64,000 bases of DNA, taken from the IMG/VR virus record IMGVR_UViG_3300042465_003746, positions 1-64,000 of that record; one strand, written 5' to 3'. The notes under the pieces are model-generated. The model was not told the DNA's origin and ran no database searches. It saw only the letters and a list, made by a program, of their open reading frames with translations. This document shows positions 1-8,800 of the stretch, one piece after another (the first letter of the stretch is position 1; each line of letters starts with the position of its first letter). This DNA is from a virus. Made by a program: the position numbers and the translations under genes.

Positions 1-3000
1 TTCCTTAGTAAGCAAGTTAATAAATTTAAGAATCCAGAATTACTACAAGAATATTTAGAAGAAGTTGCAGGTGATAATTTAATAAGCAATTTGCCATTCT
101 TAAAGGATTTATCCAATGATGACTCTGATGTTAATGGTTTATTAGAAATTTCTATACTAGATGGTTTATCTAGAAAAGGTAAGAAGCGTTCAGTAAGTTA
201 CGGGGATATGTCAGATATTGAGATGACTGCTGTAGAATTAGCTATGTTTTACAACTCTGCTAATAAAAAAGGAGTTAGTCGTTTTAAATTACCTATTCCT
301 TCAAACTCAACTACTTTACCTTTTATAACTTCTCGTAGTTACGCTAAAGAGGAAGTAATAACTAGATTAGTAGATACCGCAAGAGCAGAATTCTCTAGAA
401 TTATTAAGTTAAAACATAGTGCAGGTACAGACTTAGCCCTTATTCCTAATTATATGGAAAGAGGTAGTAAGTATCAAATACTATCTTTCTTAAATAATAC
501 CCTAGATACTTCTAAAGGATTTGATGAGGCTTTGGTAACAGCAGAAGTTACTAAATTTTTAGAAGGAAAATTCTTAGCCGATCATATTGAAGCTTACAAA
601 ACTAAGGGTATTATCAAAAGCGTAAACCCTACTACAGGTGAGATAACATTTGCAGATAAATTAATTTCTGCTAAAGTAGCAAATAAAACAGAATTCTTTT
701 TGGACTATTTATATAATACTTATTATATGAATACGCAGTTGACTACTCTATTAGGAGGAGACCCTGCTTTCTATAAGAACACAGTAAACTACCAAAAAAG
801 ATATAAGCAAATAATGAGTCCTGGTACTTATACCGATACTACAAATATTGCTGATAACTACGGAGCCATTATTTTAAATGACGAAGAATTCCCTACTGCA
901 AAAGAAGTAGTAGATAATATTGTATCAATACTAGAAAGTTCTAATTTGCCTAAAGAAGAAATAGATGACTTAGTAACTATGTGGAAAACTAAGAAACACA
1001 ATCTTACTGACGGTGCTACTATCATTGGTGTTAAAAGAAAAAAACAACAGTTAGAAGGACTCCAAAGATGGACACCTGAGCATGAAGAAGCTTATCAAAG
1101 AGAGATAAAAGCACTTCCTGCGTTACCTAATGCATTAAATTTATTCTCTCCAGAAAAACCTTTTATCTTTGCTCAAAGAATTGTAGACGGCACAGTTGTA
1201 CCTTTCCAAGGTAAAAACTCTGAGGTAACTCTTACTAGAGCACTTGCCTATAAGACTGACTCAGATGGTAAAATCTTATTCCCTAAATTAGTAGCTCTTT
1301 ACGATGTACTAATGAATGGTATAGAAGACGAAGACGGAAACATTACTGAAGTAGATGCCGCTATGTTTGAATCTGCAGTAAAAGTAGGAGCAATAGGTAA
1401 TACTACTACCCCTAAAGGAAAAGTACGTTTTAGCGAGTTTTTAGAGCAGAAAGACGGTACTTATCAATTATCTCCAGGAGCACATGTATTATCTCTTAAA
1501 ACAGAGGAATGGAGATTACAGCAAGAAACTCCTGAGCACTTTATTGATGCAGAAGGTAACTTTGGTACTCAGCTAAGAAATCTTGCTATTGGGGATATGG
1601 ATCTTGAGGGCACTTATGATATCAATGGTACAAATATGAAAGGTTACGAAGTAGCTAAAATGTACCAAGAACTAATTGCAGAAGATTTAAAAGCTTCTTT
1701 TGAAGAGTTAAAAAGTGTATTTGAAAATGAAGATGGTACTATTAACTATGAACGATTAGCAGAAATGCTAAGAAAAGAAGTTATTAATAGAGATATGGGG
1801 CAAGAATATTTAGATGCCCTAGAACCTATTAAAAAAATTATAGAAGGTAAAGAAACTATTACTACTACTCTTCCTTTATATCATCCTCTTATTTCTTATA
1901 AGATGATGGCAGTACTAAATTCATTCTTTAAGAACCGAGTTACTAAACAAAAGATTGCAGGTGGAGCAGTAATTAACGCTTCTTCTTATGGTGTAGATAA
2001 AACCCTTAAATTTGAAGTAGATAAAAAGCTTGGTAAAATTACTTTAGAGGCAATGATGCCTTGGACTTCTAGAAAGTACTTCCCATTAGATGCTAACGGA
2101 GAAGTAGATATCGAAGCTATTAAATTATCAGCACCTGAATTACTTAGCATTATTGGCTATAGAATTCCTACGGAAGATAAATACTCTGCCTTTAATATTA
2201 GAATAGTAGGATTTACTCCTCCAAATATGGGAGGTATGATGATGCTACCTAAAGAAGTAACTACTTTGGCAGGTCTGGATTTTGATATTGATAAGATGTA
2301 CATGATGGCTAGATCTTTCTATGTAAATAAACAAGGAAAACCTAAGTACATTAAGTATATTGACAAAGTAGAGACTGAGGAACAAGCACAAGAACTTGCT
2401 AAAAATATCTTTAGTAATTTCCAAGACTATAAAAGATTTGTAAATAAAAATGTAGATGCCAAAAACATAAATAAAATGTTAGAGGGTCGTACAGAATTAT
2501 TAGATAAATTAGCTCTTGACCCTGTTATAATGGCAGATAAAGAGGATATCAGTAAATCTATTAAAGAATTAAAAGAAGAGAAAAAAGCTGCTATTAAACT
2601 TCACGGTCCAGATAGCAAATTTGTGCAATATATTCAAGATAGTTTAGACGAATTATACGTAGCAATTTCTGATGCTATTCCATTTAATGAAACAGAAACT
2701 CCTTTAACAGCAAAGCACGAAGAAGCTATTAATTTTATTGCTAAGAAATTACTATCAGAAGATTTTAATGCTGCAGAATTTAACTCTTCTAAGGCTAGAG
2801 ACAATAAGAAATTAGAAATACTTAAAGGTATTTTTGAAAATAAAAACACTGCTTTATCAATACTTAACCCTGGAAACTTTGATTCTCTTAAAGAAGGAGC
2901 TGCTAGAATTAGATTATTACAAGCAGGTAAAAAAGTAGCAGGGTTATCTAAGGCAGAATTAGTTAAAAATGCAGAAGAACTAGATAACGAAGAGGACTTT

Positions 3001-5850
3001 AATATTAACTATCCATCTACACAGTTAGAGTTATTTAGAAGAAACATGACAGGTAACCAATTGATTGGTATTTTTGCTAATCATAATACTCATCATGCTA
3101 AAGCTCAATATACAGATTTACAATTAAAAGAGCCGATTTTCTTTAATGAAGAACAGTTCTATTTATTAAATCAAACTACTAATAATAAAGGAGTTCGTAT
3201 TTCTAAATCTTTGGCATCTGATTTAGCAGCTGTAGTAGATACTGCAAGTGATCCATTAGCATCTTTCCTAAACATGAATACTTTTACTGCTAATACTCAA
3301 GCTTTGCTAGAGAGATTAGGAGTAGATAATAGAACAATTTTTGCTTTCTTAAATCAACCTATTATATTAGAATTAACTCAAACATATTTTAATGATAAAG
3401 GAGGTCTAGCTGATGCTAAACAATTTAGAGAGATACAAGCTAGTTGGAAGAAAAAACTTGAGGATAAATTAGAAAACGCAGATATCAAAGTAGAGGACTT
3501 ACTTAAAGATCTTAACTTTTCTACTGCAGAATTAGAATCTTTTATTTATCCTAGTGGAACATTAGAATATTACCAAACCCAGTATCGAGCAATTCATGCT
3601 TTCCAAAAATATTATAATATAGCACTAGAATTAGGAGAAGGTATTCAAGCAGCTAAAGCTGATACAACGGGAGTAGGACCTTCTATGGCCACTAACTACA
3701 CTACTATTAACAAACAAACTAAATTAAGTAGAAAAGTTAAAGCAGGTAGCAATACTATTATTGGATTAGAAGAAGTATATAAAACAGGTCCTCGTCAAAT
3801 TATGATGGCGGCTTTTAATAAATACGGATTAGAGGGCGCAGTAACTGTACTTAACAAAATATTCCCTTCAATAGGATCTATAAGTGAAGAGGGGGTATTA
3901 ACTTATTCTTCTCTAGGAGACCTTAAGAATTGGTTTAGTGATCAAAAAGGAGATTTCTTTAGCTTAACAGAGAAAGAAGCTCAAATGGTAGATATCAATT
4001 ATATTAACTTCATTGCAAGTGGATTCCCATTCTTTGAATATAGTCAAGGTAAAGATATTCTAACTAATTTACCTGACTCTTTAGTAAAGTTTAAGAAAAC
4101 TTTACCTAAGAATTCTTCATTTATTCCTTTATTAGATTCTCTATATGTTGTAGAAGGAGATAGTAATTCTTCTGTTAGGAGAATAGAATTCTATACTACA
4201 GGCAAAAAGCCTTTAGACATACAAAGAGCTAAAGAAGCTTGGGAAAGAATGTTAACTGATAAAGACCCAGCTGTTAAAGAAATGGCTCTTAAGTTAGTTC
4301 AATATACTTTTTTCTCTGCAGGTTACGGATTTGGTCCTTTTACTTTCTCTAATATGGTTCCTGTTAAATTTTGGACAGATAGTTACCAAATAGCTAACAA
4401 CATAGTAGATACTAAAGGAAGACCTTTTAATGATTTCCTTGCTGATGCATTAAGTTCAGATTTTTTAAAGAATGATGAAGCTAGAACTAATAGATTCAAG
4501 AAACAGTTTATGCAGAATCATGCTGATAAAGAACAATTTACTAAAACAGTTAAAGTAGATGTGAATAAAATATTTACTCCTAAAGCAGGAAGAACTGCGG
4601 AGCAAATGGATTACGACACTACAATGGCTGCTAGAAATGATAAAAGTGGTATTATAGTAACTAGAAAAGGAAACTTAATAGTTAACAAAAAGAAGAATCC
4701 TCAATTACTTCCTTTTGGAGAAAAAGCGGCTCCTATGAAATACATAAAAGTATTTAATAAAACAGGGGGAGGTCATATGTTGTTTGAATATAAAGAAACT
4801 GCATTTGACCAAAAAAACAATGCTTTATACGAAGGACAATCAAATATAGACACCGTTACTTACTTTCCTATTCCTGTTTTAGGTGCATCTAATTTTGTAT
4901 TAGAATTTAATTTCTACGATGATATTAATGAAACTTCTGTGCCTAAAAAGAAAAAGATTATAGCTAAAGGCCCTATAGCACAGATGGAAGCAGAGATGGA
5001 TAAATTAACAGATGACGCTATAATGATGGGGGTAGAACAAGATGCTATGCAAGATATAAGTTCTTTAAAACCTACTGTTGCTCCAACTACTCAATCATCT
5101 ACTAGTTTGCCTAGAGCAGAAACTAAGATTAATATTTATGCAAGTACAGGAGAAAATGCTGAGTTAAGTAATTTTGCTAATAGACCTTTTCTTACAACAG
5201 GTAATTTAAAGTTTAATACTGTAGAAGGAGCTTTTCAATATTGGAAAGTACTTTTTACAGACGGTGCTTATACAATAGAAGAAGCAGACGCTTTATTAGA
5301 AAAATTACAAAATGCAACAGGAGCAGAAGCTAAAAAAATAGGACGTACTATTAAAAATTTAAACACTGCTAAATGGGATGCATATTCTAGTAGAGGTATG
5401 AAAAAACTTTTATTAGAGTCTTTTGAACAAAATCCAGATGCACTTGCTAAATTACTTGCAACAGGTAATGCTACTCTTACACATACCCAAGATAAAGGCA
5501 AATGGGGTACTGAGTTTCCTAAACTACTTATGGAAGTAAGAGATGAACTTAAAACTACTCAACCTGCTGCTGCTAATAAACCATTAAGTCTAGCGCAGAT
5601 GGCAGATACAGGACTTACAGCAAAGCAAGAAGGAACTACTCCTGCAACACCAAAACCACTTACACTTTCCCAAATGGCTGATGTAAATGCAAAAGAACCT
5701 ATGGGATTATTTGAAAAATTAGAATCAAATGATTTTGAAGAATATACTAAAGCAGGTGGTACAGAGTTAAGTAAAAAAGATTTCTTATCTTTAAGCCGTC
5801 AAGAGCAAGCTAATGCAATATATCAAGCTAAAAATTGTAAAAACGGTTAA
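1..5850 (+). CDS. Giant virion DNA-dependent RNA polymerase (crAss-like, phi14:2 gp66-type) with C-terminal NADAR domain; 5' end lies outside the window
   Basis: Frame open from base 1; catalytic motif GLDFDIDK (DFDIDK at nt 2278-2295) preceded by YRIPTED; more than 1900 aa; NADAR motifs LSNF, TVEGAFQYWK, WG...LMEVR at ~5125-5553. Confidence 0.92.
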   Translation, partial: FLSKQVNKFKNPELLQEYLEEVAGDNLISNLPFLKDLSNDDSDVNGLLEISILDGLSRKGKKRSVSYGDMSDIEMTAVELAMFYNSANKKGVSRFKLPIPSNSTTLPFITSRSYAKEEVITRLVDTARAEFSRIIKLKHSAGTDLALIPNYMERGSKYQILSFLNNTLDTSKGFDEALVTAEVTKFLEGKFLADHIEAYKTKGIIKSVNPTTGEITFADKLISAKVANKTEFFLDYLYNTYYMNTQLTTLLGGDPAFYKNTVNYQKRYKQIMSPGTYTDTTNIADNYGAIILNDEEFPTAKEVVDNIVSILESSNLPKEEIDDLVTMWKTKKHNLTDGATIIGVKRKKQQLEGLQRWTPEHEEAYQREIKALPALPNALNLFSPEKPFIFAQRIVDGTVVPFQGKNSEVTLTRALAYKTDSDGKILFPKLVALYDVLMNGIEDEDGNITEVDAAMFESAVKVGAIGNTTTPKGKVRFSEFLEQKDGTYQLSPGAHVLSLKTEEWRLQQETPEHFIDAEGNFGTQLRNLAIGDMDLEGTYDINGTNMKGYEVAKMYQELIAEDLKASFEELKSVFENEDGTINYERLAEMLRKEVINRDMGQEYLDALEPIKKIIEGKETITTTLPLYHPLISYKMMAVLNSFFKNRVTKQKIAGGAVINASSYGVDKTLKFEVDKKLGKITLEAMMPWTSRKYFPLDANGEVDIEAIKLSAPELLSIIGYRIPTEDKYSAFNIRIVGFTPPNMGGMMMLPKEVTTLAGLDFDIDKMYMMARSFYVNKQGKPKYIKYIDKVETEEQAQELAKNIFSNFQDYKRFVNKNVDAKNINKMLEGRTELLDKLALDPVIMADKEDISKSIKELKEEKKAAIKLHGPDSKFVQYIQDSLDELYVAISDAIPFNETETPLTAKHEEAINFIAKKLLSEDFNAAEFNSSKARDNKKLEILKGIFENKNTALSILNPGNFDSLKEGAARIRLLQAGKKVAGLSKAELVKNAEELDNEEDFNINYPSTQLELFRRNMTGNQLIGIFANHNTHHAKAQYTDLQLKEPIFFNEEQFYLLNQTTNNKGVRISKSLASDLAAVVDTASDPLASFLNMNTFTANTQALLERLGVDNRTIFAFLNQPIILELTQTYFNDKGGLADAKQFREIQASWKKKLEDKLENADIKVEDLLKDLNFSTAELESFIYPSGTLEYYQTQYRAIHAFQKYYNIALELGEGIQAAKADTTGVGPSMATNYTTINKQTKLSRKVKAGSNTIIGLEEVYKTGPRQIMMAAFNKYGLEGAVTVLNKIFPSIGSISEEGVLTYSSLGDLKNWFSDQKGDFFSLTEKEAQMVDINYINFIASGFPFFEYSQGKDILTNLPDSLVKFKKTLPKNSSFIPLLDSLYVVEGDSNSSVRRIEFYTTGKKPLDIQRAKEAWERMLTDKDPAVKEMALKLVQYTFFSAGYGFGPFTFSNMVPVKFWTDSYQIANNIVDTKGRPFNDFLADALSSDFLKNDEARTNRFKKQFMQNHADKEQFTKTVKVDVNKIFTPKAGRTAEQMDYDTTMAARNDKSGIIVTRKGNLIVNKKKNPQLLPFGEKAAPMKYIKVFNKTGGGHMLFEYKETAFDQKNNALYEGQSNIDTVTYFPIPVLGASNFVLEFNFYDDINETSVPKKKKIIAKGPIAQMEAEMDKLTDDAIMMGVEQDAMQDISSLKPTVAPTTQSSTSLPRAETKINIYASTGENAELSNFANRPFLTTGNLKFNTVEGAFQYWKVLFTDGAYTIEEADALLEKLQNATGAEAKKIGRTIKNLNTAKWDAYSSRGMKKLLLESFEQNPDALAKLLATGNATLTHTQDKGKWGTEFPKLLMEVRDELKTTQPAAANKPLSLAQMADTGLTAKQEGTTPATPKPLTLSQMADVNAKEPMGLFEKLESNDFEEYTKAGGTELSKKDFLSLSRQEQANAIYQAKNCKNG

Positions 5851-5852
5851 TT

Positions 5853-8800
5853 ATGTCCCATTGTATAAATACTTCCCATCCTGAATACCAAGAGTTACTA
5901 CTCCAAAGTAACTTAATGCCTGCTATTTTAAAAGCTAAAATAGCTACTTGGATGGATAATAATACTGCAGATAGATTTCCTACTATAGTAGAATTACTTA
6001 ATCTTGGAGAAGTAAATCAAACTTTAAGAGTGGTAGATGCTCTTTCTAAGATTCAAAGAGGATTATTTACTCAAGATAAATTGCAAGGTTGGTTAAATGA
6101 CTTGCAAAAACAAGGGGTTTCAAATGACCAATTAGAGATTTTTAAAGAGGTTGCTAAACCAGGAATGTCTAAAGATGAGATAGCTACTTCTATTGCTGCT
6201 ACTTATAGTTATACTATTGAAATTAATACTGCTACAGAGACAGCAAGTGGTGCTAATAGAATAGCAGGATACAATAATGATAATATTGATGTAAATAGTT
6301 TATATATTAAAGAAAGTGACTTTAGAGATTTTATTGTTAAAGATAAAAACGGAATGTTGTTAAGTCCTATAGCATATAAAACAAGACAAGAAGCACAAGA
6401 AGCCATAAATAATATTGGAAAAAAACCTTCTCAATATTACTCAAATCTAACAGTTCCAGGTGGTACTAATTATACAGAGAATGAAATAGCTACTCCTGAT
6501 ATTACGCCTAGTATAAAAGGACATGCTCAGTTTGCTACAGATAAAGGTATTGGGTGGTTTAGAAGTGATGAAACAAGTCCTTATTCTAATACATTAGGAT
6601 TTGATGTAGACGCAATGACAGAAGAAGAGTATGATAATTATTTAAAAAATTATCCTAAAACTCGTAGAATACTAGAAGTACAATCTGATTTATTTCAGAA
6701 AGGTAGAGATAAAGAAGATTTAGTAGGATTACCTGAAAAAGACTCTAATAAATTAGTATTAGAATCTGAAAAATTAATGAGAGATTATGAGATTGGAAAA
6801 ATTACTATTGAAGAGTATAAACAAAAAACACAAGAACTAGTTGACGCTGCTCCAAAAAAAGATGTTTCTAAAAACCAATTCCTACAACTCCTAAACAAAG
6901 ATAATAATTGGGTAACGTTCTTTGTTAAATCTATTATACAAGATTCTGCTAAAAAAGGTTATGAGAAAGTATTATTTCCTTCTGGTGATACAGCTAGTAA
7001 AATAGAAGGACATACAACATTAGAAGAGTTTAAGAAACAGAAAGAAGCTAGAATTAAAGATCTTGAAAATAAATTAAATGATAAATTTGTAGCTGTTAGA
7101 GAAGATGATAATTTTGGTGCTTTAGATCAAGAGTTTAATACTGTTCAAGAAGCTCAAAAGTTTGCTAATGATAATACTACAAGTACAGAAATTTGGACAG
7201 TTAGACCAATTAAAGTAGATAAAGAAAGTATTAATAATGAAATAAACCAACTTAAACAAGAACTTGCAAATGTAGAAGGTCCTCAAGGATTTGGTGCTCT
7301 TAAACCTATCTATAACTTCTATGAAAACACTGTAAAAAACATTCTTAATAAACAATACGGTAAAGATAATGTAAAAGTTATTACAGATGAATACGGTAAT
7401 ACTTGGAATGAGTTAGATATTAAAGAACAAAGAGACCAGGGAACTATTTTATATAATCTTCCTAAAGAAACCCCTTTAGCAGCTAAAGCTAGAATACTTA
7501 AAAAAGTTAATGCTAAGAAAGATGGATATGTTTCTCCTTTTAATTATGGAGAATTATTAACATTAGTAGGAAATTATAATAAGACACAGCCTCAGACATC
7601 TTTAAAAATGTTTAAAGCCCCTTCAGGAGATTATTACATTAAAATTGTGGACGAAGCTATGCAGCTTAGTTCCACTACTAATGAAAAACCCCTAAAAGAA
7701 TTAGAGGATAAATTACGTACTTGGGCAGAAACTAATAGTATCTCTATAGAAGCTATAGAAGATCTAATGAAAAGGTTTGAAGGAAGGTACCACGAAGGAG
7801 CACTCGGTGTAGCAGATTTTGCTAATTTATTAATAGGTATAGCAGATGGAAGAAGTCTAGACACTTTGCCTGAAGAAATTGCCCACTTTGCTGTTAGAAT
7901 ATTAAAAGATAAAGGAGATATTTCTGTACTTAGAGCCTTAGATGCAGTGCATTTAACTCCTGAGTATGCAGGAGTACTAGAAGAATACAAAGATGTTTAT
8001 ACAGAAGAATCTCAATTTAGAGAAGAAACTTTAGGTAAAATACTAGCCAAAGAAATAGTAGGTCAGTATACTAAGCCAGAGATTATCAGACCAGAGACCA
8101 GAGGATTTTTTGCTTACCTAAATGCTATAAAAGAGAAGTTCCTAAAATGGGCCAAAACTACTTTTAGTCGGGGAGCCAAAGCAAGAGTAGAATTAGAGAA
8201 TTTTATTAATCCTTTGGCAAAATCTATATTAGCAAATGAAGTACTAGGAACTTTAAATAGAGAACAACAAGATGTTCTATATCAATTAGAGTCAGAGGAA
8301 GACGAAGAAGTTTACGAAGAAGAATTTGAAGAATTAGATGTTGACCCTATTATAGCACAGAAGCAAAAGTTTTTATTAGAAGCTAAGGCGCAGTTAATAG
8401 AAAGAATGGCTCTTCTTGAAAGAGGTATTAAGAGTCAGACTACAATTGATCGATTAAAAGTAGAGATAGATTCCCTAGAATATAAAATAACCAAAGGAGA
8501 ATTAGATGCTGCTATTGCTAGTTTTGTAAAATTAGCACAAGGAGAGTTAAGTCAGATTTATAATTTACTAGAAAAAGGAATAGATAATAAGAAAATAAAT
8601 CCAGGGGTAATAGTAATGTCCAAGGGATTTATGGATATGTATTCTAATTTATTTACTACCTTCTTAGCAGACATCTACGAATGGGGTATTCCTAAAGAAG
8701 AGAGAGGCGAGTTAGTAAATGCTATACAATCTGCAGGAACTCTTATATCTGCTATGAATCCAATGCTCCATACCTTAGCAAGAAGGGAAGGAATCAAAAC

